A stretch of 64,000 nt of DNA, taken from positions 2,646 to 66,645 of the forward strand of contig JBLNAZ010000131.1 of NCBI GenBank assembly GCA_050259615.1, given 5' to 3'. Made by a program: the position numbers and the translations under genes. The stretch's first letter is position 1. Every line of letters begins with the position of its first letter. Source of the DNA: Syntrophomonadaceae bacterium. GTDB taxonomy: Bacteria > Bacteroidota > Ignavibacteria > Ignavibacteriales > SURF-24. The notes beneath the pieces are model-generated. The model saw nothing but the letters and a program-made list of their open reading frames with translations. It was not told the origin of the DNA and ran no database searches. This document shows, one piece after another, positions 29,093 through 38,908 of the stretch.

Positions 29093-29971
29093 TTAAGATT
29101 TAGGATGAGCTTGTTTATATATGTTCTTCAACCGTTCAATGGAGACGTGTGTGTAGATTTGAGTGGTTGACAGACTTTCATGACCCAGTATTTCCTTGAC
29201 GGCAAGCAGATCTGCTCCGTTATCAAGCATATGGGTTGCCGCCGTATGCCTGAGCACATGGGGGCTTTTCTTGTTCAGCTCCGTTTCCTCGCTTAGATAC
29301 TTATTAATTAGCCTATAAACGTAACGCGGGTAAATCCTTTTGTTTCTTGAAGTTACGAATATTGGTTTATTATACTGTAAAGATGTCCTTGAATCAAGAT
29401 ACTTCTTTACGACTTGAAGCGACTCCTTTCCAATTGGAACAATCCTGGTTTTGGAACCCTTGCCGGTAACTCTGACCGATCCTTTTTCAAAATCTATATC
29501 ACCTGAATTAAGGCTGCAAAGTTCAGAGACTCTGAGAGCACAGCTGTATAAAACCTCAATAACGGCATTGTGAAGAAGCTTATCTTCATTGCTGAGCTTC
29601 CTGGATATTTCATCCATAATATTCTCAGGGACTACTTCCGGAAGCTTTCTTTTTACCTGGGGATTGGATATTCTTTTCAGCGGGTTTGCGGGAACAATAT
29701 TATTTCTGGAAGCGTAATTGAACAGGCTTCTAATGGCCGAGAGTTTTCTTGAGATTGTACTTTTTTCGTACTCTGAATTTACATTAATGCTTATAATATA
29801 CTTTCTTATCAGCTTTTCATTTACCTGTAAAACGCCGGTAATCTGAAGAGAGTCGCAGAATTCACTAAACTGGAGCAAATCCCGCCGGTAGGACTTAACC
29901 GTATTTCCGGAAAACCTGCGCAGTTTCTGCAGGTTTTCCAGAAAATCTTCTATAACCCTTTTAATTTCCAT
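29093..29971 (-). CDS. Tyrosine recombinase, XerC/XerD family
   Basis: N-terminal SAM-like domain (NTVKSYRRDLLQF) and catalytic R...HVLRHTAATHML...LGHESLSTTQIYTHV. Confidence 0.85.
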   Translation of the reverse strand: MEIKRVIEDFLENLQKLRRFSGNTVKSYRRDLLQFSEFCDSLQITGVLQVNEKLIRKYIISINVNSEYEKSTISRKLSAIRSLFNYASRNNIVPANPLKRISNPQVKRKLPEVVPENIMDEISRKLSNEDKLLHNAVIEVLYSCALRVSELCSLNSGDIDFEKGSVRVTGKGSKTRIVPIGKESLQVVKKYLDSRTSLQYNKPIFVTSRNKRIYPRYVYRLINKYLSEETELNKKSPHVLRHTAATHMLDNGADLLAVKEILGHESLSTTQIYTHVSIERLKNIYKQAHPKS

Positions 29972-30012
29972 ATATCAAGAATTTTAGTGGAAATATTAAT
30001 TTGAAGTCTTGT

Positions 30013-32328
30013 TTAATTCGAGCTTTCTTTAAACTCTTCCACTATTTCCTCACTGCAGACCGGGCACCTCAGGTACTCGCCTTTTTTCTGACTGTATCTT
30101 TTTTCCATATACAAAGAGTCTCCGTTCGGGCAGCTGACGGGAATGGGTTTATACCAGCCTACAAAGTCGCAGTCGGGATACCGGCTGCATCCGTAAAAGA
30201 CCTTTCCTTTTCTGGACTGTCTTTCAATGATGTCGCCATCCTTGCATTTAGGGCATTTTACGCCTGTAACCAGGGGTTTAATATAATCACACTCGGGATA
30301 CTTTTCGCAGCCGATGAAGCGTCCGAATTTTCCGTTTCTATAAACAGTGTTGGCGCCGCATTTTTCGCATTTATCGCCCGTATATTCGGGTTCCTTTGGT
30401 TCACCCGGGTGCAGGTCCTTTAACGACTTAATATTTTTACATTCAGGATAATTGCTGCATGCCAGAAATTTCCCAAAACGGCCCATTTTTATAATCATTT
30501 CACTGCCGCAAAGGTCGCAGTTGATTTTCTCCACGTTTTCTTCAACTTTTTTCAGGGCATCTGAAAAAGGAAGATAAAAATCGTTTAATACGTTAAGATA
30601 GCCTATTTCGCCCTGCGCTATAAGGTCGAGTTCATCTTCCATCCTGGCCGTAAAATTTACGTTCAGGACTTCAGGGAAGCTTTGAACCAGTATATCGTTA
30701 ACCTTCTTTCCCAGTTCAGTAGGTCTCAGCCTCTTTTCCTCCATAAAGACATACTTTCTGTCCTGAATAGTGCCAACAATCATGGCGTAAGTTGAAGGTC
30801 TTCCTATTCCCCTGCTTTCCAGTTCTTTAATAAGGCTGCTTTCACTATAGCGTGCAGGCGGTTTAGTAAAGTGCTGTGTCTTGTGAAGGTACTCCAGACC
30901 TACCTTCTGCCCTGCTTCAAGGCCAAGGGGAATGAGGTCGTTATCACCTTCATCCTTTCCGTTTGTGTCTTCAGACTGCTCCTCGTAAACCTGGAGGAAT
31001 CCATCGAAGCGGATTGCCGTGCCAGAGGCCTTAAAGAGGAATTCATCGGCCCGGACCTCAATTACTGTAGTCTCAGTGATAGCAGGATTCATCTGTGATG
31101 CAACGAACCTTTTCCAGACTAGCTCATAGAGTTTGAACTGTTTTCCTTCCAGGAAAGGCTTAACAAATTCAGGAGTATATCTTAAAGACGTAGGCCTTAT
31201 GGCTTCATGGGCGTCCTGAACGTTGGCTCCGTTTTTCTTTTCGTATACACGTGGTGACTCGGGAAGGTATTTATCCCCGTAGGCTTCCTTAATATATTCT
31301 CTAAGGTCGCCCACAATTTCGGGACTGAGTCTAGTTGAATCGGTTCTCATATAGGTAATTAAACCAACGGTACCTTCTTTTCCAAGGTCAATTCCTTCGT
31401 ACAGGTTCTGTGCAATTGCCATCGTATGGCTTGGTTTCAGGCGAAGCATCTTTGAAGCTTCGGCCTGCATAGAGCTTGTGATGAAAGGAGGAGGAGGATT
31501 TCTTCTTCCCTCTTTTTTTATAATGTCGGAGATGGCAAAATTTTCTTTCTTTGTAAGCCTGTCCAGGACTTCCTGGGCTGAGGTTTCATTATTCAGGGCA
31601 AAGTTGCCGACGAGAAAATCTTCCCAGTCTTTTTCAGTCATAACGGGTTTAGGCTGAATTCTCAGGGTCTTACCGTCAACTTCAACCAGTTTAGCACGAA
31701 AGACATCCCCTTTTTCAGTCTTAAAGTCGGCCCATATAGCCCAGTATTCTGTGACAATGAAGTTTTCAATTTCCTTTTCACGTTCGCAGATGAGTCTCAA
31801 TGCAACGGATTGAACGCGTCCTGCAGACAAGTTAAAGCTGGAAGGATCCAAAACTGCCCTCCAGAGGAAGGGGCTTATTTTATAGCCGATAATTCTGTCC
31901 ATTACCCTTCTGGCTCTTTGTGAGGAAACCAGGTTGGTATCTATTTCAAGAGGCGAATTAATAGCCTTCTGTACGGCATTTTTTGTGATTTCGTTAAAAA
32001 GAACTCTGTAGATCTTCCCGTCAGTTACATTTTCAATAACATCAGCAATATCCTGTGCAATAGCTTCACCTTCACGGTCAGGATCAGTTGCTATAAAAAC
32101 AGATTTACTCTTAGAGGCCAGGCTTTTAATCTTCTTAATTACATCTCCTTTTCCCCGGATGTTGACGAACTGAGGCTTAAAATTGTCGTCGATGTCAACG
32201 CCGAGTTTAGTTTTCGGAAGATTTTTTATATGTCCAACAGTAGCTTCAACAAGATAATTCTTACCAAGGTACTTATTGATGGTTTTAGCCTTTGCGGGCG
32301 ATTCCACCAGAACGAGATTTTTTTCCAT
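30013..32328 (-). CDS. topA: DNA topoisomerase I
   Basis: Toprim LVLVESPAKAKTI / DPDREGEAI, catalytic Tyr region ITYMRTDS, and four C-terminal Cys4-type zinc ribbons. Confidence 0.95.
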   Translation of the reverse strand: MEKNLVLVESPAKAKTINKYLGKNYLVEATVGHIKNLPKTKLGVDIDDNFKPQFVNIRGKGDVIKKIKSLASKSKSVFIATDPDREGEAIAQDIADVIENVTDGKIYRVLFNEITKNAVQKAINSPLEIDTNLVSSQRARRVMDRIIGYKISPFLWRAVLDPSSFNLSAGRVQSVALRLICEREKEIENFIVTEYWAIWADFKTEKGDVFRAKLVEVDGKTLRIQPKPVMTEKDWEDFLVGNFALNNETSAQEVLDRLTKKENFAISDIIKKEGRRNPPPPFITSSMQAEASKMLRLKPSHTMAIAQNLYEGIDLGKEGTVGLITYMRTDSTRLSPEIVGDLREYIKEAYGDKYLPESPRVYEKKNGANVQDAHEAIRPTSLRYTPEFVKPFLEGKQFKLYELVWKRFVASQMNPAITETTVIEVRADEFLFKASGTAIRFDGFLQVYEEQSEDTNGKDEGDNDLIPLGLEAGQKVGLEYLHKTQHFTKPPARYSESSLIKELESRGIGRPSTYAMIVGTIQDRKYVFMEEKRLRPTELGKKVNDILVQSFPEVLNVNFTARMEDELDLIAQGEIGYLNVLNDFYLPFSDALKKVEENVEKINCDLCGSEMIIKMGRFGKFLACSNYPECKNIKSLKDLHPGEPKEPEYTGDKCEKCGANTVYRNGKFGRFIGCEKYPECDYIKPLVTGVKCPKCKDGDIIERQSRKGKVFYGCSRYPDCDFVGWYKPIPVSCPNGDSLYMEKRYSQKKGEYLRCPVCSEEIVEEFKESSN

Positions 32329-32342
32329 TTACAAAATTTCCT

Positions 32343-32801
32343 TTAGTTAATTGTATCCGAAGAATATAAAAGAACTCTGCTTCCAGGGGGGATACTTTCG
32401 TTTAAATCAACTAAAGAAAACAAGATCAACCAATTGATTTCTTCCTTAGAAATTTTATCACCCGGAAATAAAGTAACCTGTTCGAGGATGTTATCCAGAT
32501 CAGTGAGTTTCAGCAAACCGACATTTATTAAATGCGTGATGTAGTCGTAATTATCTACTCCTAAGATTTCTTTTTCTTCTTCGGTCAAGAATCTAAAACT
32601 TTTAATTTCTTTATTCTTAATTGAATTATTAAAATAATTATTCGTAAGCTTTTTGTCATATATCCAGCTGAAAGCCGTGCTTACGGTCTGTTTATCAAAA
32701 TTCTTATTATGGCTTAATTTTTTGTTCACTTCCTCTAAAGAAGAGTTCTTGTTGAGCGCATCAAGAATTTGAGCTATTACTTCAACTATTTTGGCTGTCA
32801 T
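32343..32801 (-). CDS. DUF494 (Smg-like) protein
   Basis: Position directly upstream of topA (minus strand), size, and a helical pattern typical of Smg. ATG 32801 is preferred over 32834. Confidence 0.55.
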   Translation of the reverse strand: MTAKIVEVIAQILDALNKNSSLEEVNKKLSHNKNFDKQTVSTAFSWIYDKKLTNNYFNNSIKNKEIKSFRFLTEEEKEILGVDNYDYITHLINVGLLKLTDLDNILEQVTLFPGDKISKEEINWLILFSLVDLNESIPPGSRVLLYSSDTIN

Positions 32802-33246
32802 AAAGTAGTCTGTCGTTATGGACGAGATATTCAAATTTATTAGTTAAGAAGTTTTCCAGCTTCTTCATTATTTTCCTGTCGGCAATCTCTTTATCATCGT
32901 AACCCATCAGGTGCAAAACACCGTGAATGACCAGTCTCAACAACTCATTATCCAGTGAACATTCATATCTTTTAGCGTTTTCTGCCGCATCAGCCGCAGA
33001 AATAAGGATTTCTCCGTCTAAGTTTTTATTATCCCCCGAATAATTAAATGTAATAATATCGGTTGAATAATCGTGCCCGAGATACTGCTTATTGATGCTC
33101 CAGATTGTCGCGGGGCTTAAAAAATTAATCGGAAGGGAAACTATGGATAAGTCCATGTCTTCGGATAAAAGGCCTACGAGCTTATGAACGAGCTTCTTAT
33201 TGACCCTTATTTTCCCTTCACCAACTACTGTTAGATTTTTAATCAA
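32782..33246 (-). CDS. ybeY: rRNA maturation endoribonuclease YbeY
   Basis: HGVLHLMGYDD zinc-binding motif. 154 aa, TTG start. Confidence 0.88.
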   Translation of the reverse strand: MIKNLTVVGEGKIRVNKKLVHKLVGLLSEDMDLSIVSLPINFLSPATIWSINKQYLGHDYSTDIITFNYSGDNKNLDGEILISAADAAENAKRYECSLDNELLRLVIHGVLHLMGYDDKEIADRKIMKKLENFLTNKFEYLVHNDRLLYDSQNS

Positions 33247-33447
33247 TATATCTTATTTTAAAATGTTAAGCAAATACAAACTGCATAATTATTTGCTGAG
33301 CAAGAGCCTCTAAAAATCAGAATCTGCGTGTCCGGCTATAACAGGATTCATGCGGCAGTTTGTTCCAGCAAAAGTAAATAATTATGGATAAAAAGAAACC
33401 AATTTAAGCAAAATTTCAACATTTTATTCAAAAAACCGGCAAAAATA

Positions 33448-33969
33448 TTACTCTTTTTTCTGCATGCTCTGCTGAGCATATTCAGAGTACCTGACTGCCG
33501 AAAGGGCTATTTCATCAATTTCGCCGGGAGTAAGGTTGCGTACAACTTTGGCCGGAATGCCGGCAACGAGTTTACCGCCCGGAACAACGAAGCCGGGCGT
33601 AACAACTGCTCCCGCAGCAACAATAGAATTCTTACTTACCAGGGCGCCATCCAGAACAATGCTCCCGATTCCGATAAGGCATAAATCCTCAACCGTACAG
33701 CCGTGAAGCTTTACGGCATGGCCTATGGTTACGCCGCTGCCGATTATAAGCGGATATTTACCTGTCACGTGCAGAACCGACAGATCCTGAACATTCGTGC
33801 TGCTGCCGATTTTAATAAAATTGACGTCGCCTCTAATGACAGAGTTATACCAGATGCTAGAATCACGGCCTATTTCAACTCTTCCAATAATCTTAACACC
33901 CGGAAATACTGAGGCCTCAGGATGAATCTGAGGTGTGAATTCCTTAAAGCTATATATCTGGTCATCCAT
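33448..33969 (-). CDS. Gamma-carbonic-anhydrase-like hexapeptide-repeat protein
   Basis: Left-handed beta-helix repeats with IWYNSVIRGD and the H..H pattern (HAVKLHGC). Confidence 0.85.
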   Translation of the reverse strand: MDDQIYSFKEFTPQIHPEASVFPGVKIIGRVEIGRDSSIWYNSVIRGDVNFIKIGSSTNVQDLSVLHVTGKYPLIIGSGVTIGHAVKLHGCTVEDLCLIGIGSIVLDGALVSKNSIVAAGAVVTPGFVVPGGKLVAGIPAKVVRNLTPGEIDEIALSAVRYSEYAQQSMQKKE

Positions 33970-34042
33970 TACAAGGTCCTTGTTTGAAGCTGATAAAGTA
34001 TAAAATCAAAAATTATGGAACTATGAACTAAAATCTTAAAAC

Positions 34043-34861
34043 TCAAATTCTCGGCGGATTCCACCCGCTGATTTTCCAATTTTTTAATTCCAGTGTAACA
34101 TTCCCGATTATCACCTTCATCTTAGCTATTGTGGGTACGGCATATTTATCGTTAGTGAACCAGCCCTCGAAATTTCCTGTCAACCCGAAAATGCTGACGA
34201 AATCAGTATGTCCATCTAATCTTACGCTTGCGATATCGTAATCTGCCGCATCAATTGAAGTCTTTTCAACTTTATCGTAAAAGTTGATTTTTGTGTAGAC
34301 AAAATCCTCTGTAACAAAACATGGCACATTAACACTTTTCTTCTGACCCGTATTCATTCTTGCATAATAGAACAGGGAAAGTCCATCCTGGTAATTAGCT
34401 TTAACGCCTGTAGTGGAGTCTGCCCATATTTCGTAGGGTTTATACTTCCCTTTTTTTACATGAACTGTTTTACTGTAATAATCGAAGAAATACTCAGTGA
34501 ATTTAATATAGTCCTTTTCCTTTTCAGTGGCCCTGAAGAAATCCGAGTACAGATTCTTATCGAAATTACTTTCATATATCTGATGCAGACTTACAAAAGG
34601 AATTCCGTTATAAGAATCGATGTATGCTTTTGTCCTGTAATAAATAACGCCGTTTCTTTCTTTCTGATCCAGAATTAAAAGCCTGACTTCGCCAAACTTA
34701 AGGAATCCGTAACTAACCACGTATGTAATATCTTCGCCCGGATTCATCTCTTTGGGAATATACTGCCCCAGGTTGTTAGAACTCCAGAGGGAATTATCGC
34801 TGCTGAAGCCGCAGAAATAGAAAAAAACAATAAGAAGCGCACCATTTTTTAGATATTTCAT
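34043..34861 (-). CDS. DUF3108-like secreted protein
   Basis: Signal peptide plus GEDITYVVSYGFLKFGEVRL, characteristic of DUF3108. Confidence 0.55.
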   Translation of the reverse strand: MKYLKNGALLIVFFYFCGFSSDNSLWSSNNLGQYIPKEMNPGEDITYVVSYGFLKFGEVRLLILDQKERNGVIYYRTKAYIDSYNGIPFVSLHQIYESNFDKNLYSDFFRATEKEKDYIKFTEYFFDYYSKTVHVKKGKYKPYEIWADSTTGVKANYQDGLSLFYYARMNTGQKKSVNVPCFVTEDFVYTKINFYDKVEKTSIDAADYDIASVRLDGHTDFVSIFGLTGNFEGWFTNDKYAVPTIAKMKVIIGNVTLELKNWKISGWNPPRI

Positions 34862-36468
34862 TATAATAATTTTGATAGTTTTTCAGCTTCAGTAAATTCC
34901 TGTATCGCCTTGTTAAACTGATTGTCGGCTTCAAGGAGTGTCTGATACCAACCGTCATTTCTCCAGATATCCCTGGCAATATATGCCTTAAGCTGGATTC
35001 TGATGTATTCTTTATCCTTTTCAAAATCATCCTTAATAAAGGGGACCTTTTTATCGGAAGCAAATTTAACAAAATTATTCAGATCTTTGTCGGAAAAACG
35101 GAAGTTTTTCTTAAATGCCCCAAAATCCTTTGAGTACTTCTTCATCAACTGAGAGCCCTGCTGATCCATATACCTGAGCACATAAAGGTAGAAGATGTTG
35201 CCTCTTCTGAGTGCAACGGAATAAGGCTGCAGCCTCTCCGAGGCGACTACATAGTCGGGCGTAATGCCTCCTCCGCCATAGACAATTCTGCCGGCATTTG
35301 TTTTATACGTAGGTCTCAAAGAATCCTTTTCGGCTTTATGCTCAATGTTCAGTCCGTCGTTAATTGTCTTTGAATGCGCGTTCATGAAGTAGTCTTTCTT
35401 GTCCTTGTAGCTTCTTTGAATAAGGCGGCCTGAAGGTGTGTAGTAACGTGAAATTGTAAGCCTGAGGGCGGAATTATCCGGCAGCATAAACTGCCTCTGG
35501 ACCAGTCCTTTGCCGAATGTGGTTTCGCCTACAATTAAACCCCTGTCCCAATCCTGAATTGAGCCCGAGACAATTTCGCTTGCCGAGGCACTTCCTGAAT
35601 TAACCAGGACAATCAAAGGGAGCTTTTCATAAGGATAAGCCTTTGAGGCATGGTACTCCTCGTTAAATTCGCTTCTTCTGCCCTTTGTATAAACAATCAT
35701 CTTATTGCCGTCAATAAAAAGGTCCGCAATCTGGAATGCCTGGTTGAGGTATCCTCCGGGATCGTTCCTGAGGTCGAATATAAGTCGTTTCATCCCTTTT
35801 TTCTGAAGTTCATCGAGTGCTTGTAGCATTTCCTGTGTGGAAGTTTCAGAAAACCTGGATAGGCTGATATATCCTGTCTGGTTATCATACATAAAGTGGG
35901 CATCCACGGAATAGATCGGGATCTTATCACGCGTAATAATATAGTCATTTACCCCTTTGACTCCCGGGCGAAAAATTGAAACGGTGACTTTTGAGCCGGC
36001 TGTTCCCCTTAATTTTGCCCTCACCTGTTCGGTAGAAATTCCAATGCAGGGCTGGTTGTCTATTTTAACAATTCTGTCCCCTGCCATGATGCCCAGAGCT
36101 TCACTGGGACCGCCTGTAATAGAGCTCACAACGGTTAAGGTATCATTTACAACCTGAAATTCAATTCCGATCCCTTCAAAGTTACCCCTGAACTGCTCCT
36201 CTACATTCTCCATCTGTTTAGCCGGAATATACACAGAATGCGGATCGAGACTGTCGAGCATTCCGGAAATAGCATTTTCTATCAGCTTCTGGGAATCTAC
36301 TTCTTCAACGTAATATTTATCTGTATATGACAAAACCTCATTGAATTTTCTCAGGTTTTCTCTCAGACTGTCGCTCGAGACAACTTTTTGAATTTCAATT
36401 CCAAGTATGATTCCTATTGTCAGTACAATAACTGCAACCAAAGGAGTTTTGAATCTATTAAAGTCCAT
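34861..36468 (-). CDS. S41 C-terminal processing peptidase
   Basis: PDZ segment (GIMAGDRIVKID), catalytic Ser region NSGSASASEI, and Lys region TFGKGLVQ. Confidence 0.9.
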   Translation of the reverse strand: MDFNRFKTPLVAVIVLTIGIILGIEIQKVVSSDSLRENLRKFNEVLSYTDKYYVEEVDSQKLIENAISGMLDSLDPHSVYIPAKQMENVEEQFRGNFEGIGIEFQVVNDTLTVVSSITGGPSEALGIMAGDRIVKIDNQPCIGISTEQVRAKLRGTAGSKVTVSIFRPGVKGVNDYIITRDKIPIYSVDAHFMYDNQTGYISLSRFSETSTQEMLQALDELQKKGMKRLIFDLRNDPGGYLNQAFQIADLFIDGNKMIVYTKGRRSEFNEEYHASKAYPYEKLPLIVLVNSGSASASEIVSGSIQDWDRGLIVGETTFGKGLVQRQFMLPDNSALRLTISRYYTPSGRLIQRSYKDKKDYFMNAHSKTINDGLNIEHKAEKDSLRPTYKTNAGRIVYGGGGITPDYVVASERLQPYSVALRRGNIFYLYVLRYMDQQGSQLMKKYSKDFGAFKKNFRFSDKDLNNFVKFASDKKVPFIKDDFEKDKEYIRIQLKAYIARDIWRNDGWYQTLLEADNQFNKAIQEFTEAEKLSKLL

Positions 36469-36486
36469 TCGGATTATGCTCCAATA

Positions 36487-38172
36487 TTAAATACCAATAT
36501 TTATAAGAAAGTAAGCCGCCAAAAACTTCTGGCTGGGGATGTTTTGCAGGGAATTATTCTGAAAAAGTATCCTTCCAGAAATATAATAATTTTTTACTGG
36601 TTCAAAAACACTGGAAAAAGAAATCATTCTGTAGAATTCCCTTTCCCCATCCAGAAACTTTACTTGTGTAGGATCTTCATTTCTGTGTCCGTAGTTGACA
36701 TCTCCGCCATAGTTTCTTAAAAGCGTGCCGTCAGCTCCCACAAGATTGGCTCCGTGCCTTGAAAAGCTGAACCCGCCTGTAAATGTCAGTCTGTTGACCG
36801 GGCGGTAATTAACTGAAATGAGGAACATGTCGCTGTTTGGCTGAACGGGACTCACCAGGCTGTAGGACATATTGGTAAAATTGTTATCAGTAATTCTGTG
36901 GGTATAGACAAAAGGTTCTATTCTTAAATACTCGAAGCCAAAGTCCACTGGAAGTATTCCATAGAGGTTAAAAGACCTTAGATACAAATCGTAAGAAAGC
37001 TGGTTGCCGTACCAGCCCGAACCGATTTTCCCAAAATCTATGTCGTCAATAAGAACTGAAGCCGTAATTTTCAGCCCCTTAAAAGAGTAATTTGCCATAT
37101 CCACAAAAAGCATTGAGTTATCCCGGTCCTGATTGGAGTGCTCGGTACTCTTGTAAAAGTTAAACGGGTTCAGGTACGACAGGTCTATTGAGCGTCTTGA
37201 ATAGATGATCAGTTCTCCAATTCCGACCGAGAAGTCTTTTGAGAGGTTAAGGCCCAGGCGATGGTAACCCATGTACTTTTCATCCACCTGGGTTATATCT
37301 CCCTGAAAAGGGTCAAACATATGGTTTATGTTTCCCAGGAGTTTTGCGTGAAGGTAGGAAAATGAAATAAACTTATAGTTAAATGCCATCGACAGGTAAT
37401 CGTACTGCGGGGCATTATCCCCCAGTATATTTCGGACAGGTCCATAGCCTATAACATTCTGGTCCCTTCCAATCTTAAATTTAACCAGGTCGAAATCGGC
37501 TGAAAAATAGCCTTCGGAGTTATCAAAGTAATCAGTAGCCGAAACAAAATTAGGATCGGCATTAAGCTTGTAATTGAATTTAAGCTCATTTACGCTTCTG
37601 GCTGCTTTTTTACTGCCCCAGAGTTTCGCGTTTGTTCCTTTTATATAAAAGCCGAATTTATCCAGAAAGGTTCCTCTAATTGCCCCGCCCCAGCGAACGA
37701 ATGCTGCCCCGATATTTTCAACAGGCTTGTAGCTGTTTTCGGAAATAGTTTCATAGTCGGCAGTCAGATCAATAAAGACAGCAGCCTTCGAAGAATCTGC
37801 AAAGCTGTAAATATGTTTTGGGCCCTGCCAAAGAAAGCTGAAGCTGCTGTCGGAAATAACATTTCTGGTTTCTTTTAGTGTGCCCGAAATTTCATATTCA
37901 AATTCATATTGAAAGTCTTTAAGCAGGTTTTTGTCTGTGTTATCGAGCCTGTCCTTATAAGGCAAAACTTCCTTCAGAAACCTGGCGGCAGTTCTTCTGG
38001 TTACAGGTCTTTCAAAATCATTAAATCCAGAAATGTACTTCAGGGAGTTCATTCTCTCCAGGAAATCATAAACAGGATGATTATAAGGCACATATTCAGC
38101 CTGTGCAAAAGCTTTTGCTGAAAAGGCGATAAAAAGAAATATGAAAATGGCGGTTATCTTATTTGTTCCCAT
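36487..38172 (-). CDS. Outer-membrane beta-barrel protein, Wzi-like (capsule assembly family)
   Basis: Signal peptide, N-terminal helical HPVYDFLERMNSLKYI motif, then alternating beta-strand pattern ending ...FLINIGI. Confidence 0.45.
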   Translation of the reverse strand: MGTNKITAIFIFLFIAFSAKAFAQAEYVPYNHPVYDFLERMNSLKYISGFNDFERPVTRRTAARFLKEVLPYKDRLDNTDKNLLKDFQYEFEYEISGTLKETRNVISDSSFSFLWQGPKHIYSFADSSKAAVFIDLTADYETISENSYKPVENIGAAFVRWGGAIRGTFLDKFGFYIKGTNAKLWGSKKAARSVNELKFNYKLNADPNFVSATDYFDNSEGYFSADFDLVKFKIGRDQNVIGYGPVRNILGDNAPQYDYLSMAFNYKFISFSYLHAKLLGNINHMFDPFQGDITQVDEKYMGYHRLGLNLSKDFSVGIGELIIYSRRSIDLSYLNPFNFYKSTEHSNQDRDNSMLFVDMANYSFKGLKITASVLIDDIDFGKIGSGWYGNQLSYDLYLRSFNLYGILPVDFGFEYLRIEPFVYTHRITDNNFTNMSYSLVSPVQPNSDMFLISVNYRPVNRLTFTGGFSFSRHGANLVGADGTLLRNYGGDVNYGHRNEDPTQVKFLDGEREFYRMISFSSVFEPVKNYYISGRILFQNNSLQNIPSQKFLAAYFLINIGI

Positions 38173-38882
38173 TCCTGAGCCATTGATTTATTCTTAAAAA
38201 TTACAAAGAAGGCGTTTATAAACCACAGTTTGCACACGTTCAGGTATCCAAGCTTCCTGTAACGTCTTGGTGATTCATAGACGCAAAGATTTCTTGCGTA
38301 CAGTATTTTTCCTTTTTTTCTCACGCGCTTAAAAAGGTCGAAGTCTTCGCCGGCAGCCAGGGTTTCATTGTAGCCGTTGAAATTAAAGAATACCTGGCGC
38401 CTTATTATCTGGCATTCCCCCCGGCCCATTCCGACTGCAAAAACATTCAGAAGGTAAAAATATGTATTCAGTATGGAGTGGAAGAACCTGTCGCTCATCA
38501 TTTCTTCCTGGGGAAAGACCTTGACGTTGCATGTCATTGCCAGATAGCGGCTTTTGGCAAATCTGGTTTCGACAAATTCAAAAAAGTAATTAATATCCTG
38601 AAAAATTATGTCGGCTCCGAGGAATATGAGAATATCTCCCTTTGCGCATTTGGCACCGGCGTTGCGCCCTTCTGAAATATTCTGTCTTTCGGGCCTTGTA
38701 TGGAGCACCAGCTTGTCGGTGAAATTCCTGGCAATAGAAAGCGTTTGGTCGGTGCTTGCTCCGTCGGAAATTATGAGTTCCGCGTCAAAACGCTCCAGTA
38801 TTCCGCCCTGCCTGATCTGGTTCAGGATATTCGGCAGCAGTTTTTCTTCGTTTAATGTTGGTATTATAATACTGTATTTCAA
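38154..38882 (-). CDS. Glycosyltransferase family 2
   Basis: IIIPTLNEEKLL...ISDGASTDQT...GADI. Confidence 0.8.
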   Translation of the reverse strand: MKYSIIIPTLNEEKLLPNILNQIRQGGILERFDAELIISDGASTDQTLSIARNFTDKLVLHTRPERQNISEGRNAGAKCAKGDILIFLGADIIFQDINYFFEFVETRFAKSRYLAMTCNVKVFPQEEMMSDRFFHSILNTYFYLLNVFAVGMGRGECQIIRRQVFFNFNGYNETLAAGEDFDLFKRVRKKGKILYARNLCVYESPRRYRKLGYLNVCKLWFINAFFVIFKNKSMAQEWEQIR

Positions 38883-38908
38883 ATTTTACCTTTTTTCGAA
38901 ATAAACTT

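Noticed and set aside
29093-29971. Tyrosine recombinase considered as a marker of an integrated mobile element.
   Set aside because: It has XerC/XerD-type N- and C-terminal motifs and is embedded in a co-directional housekeeping block (topA, hpf, hprK). There are no flanking repeats, phage genes or transposition genes.
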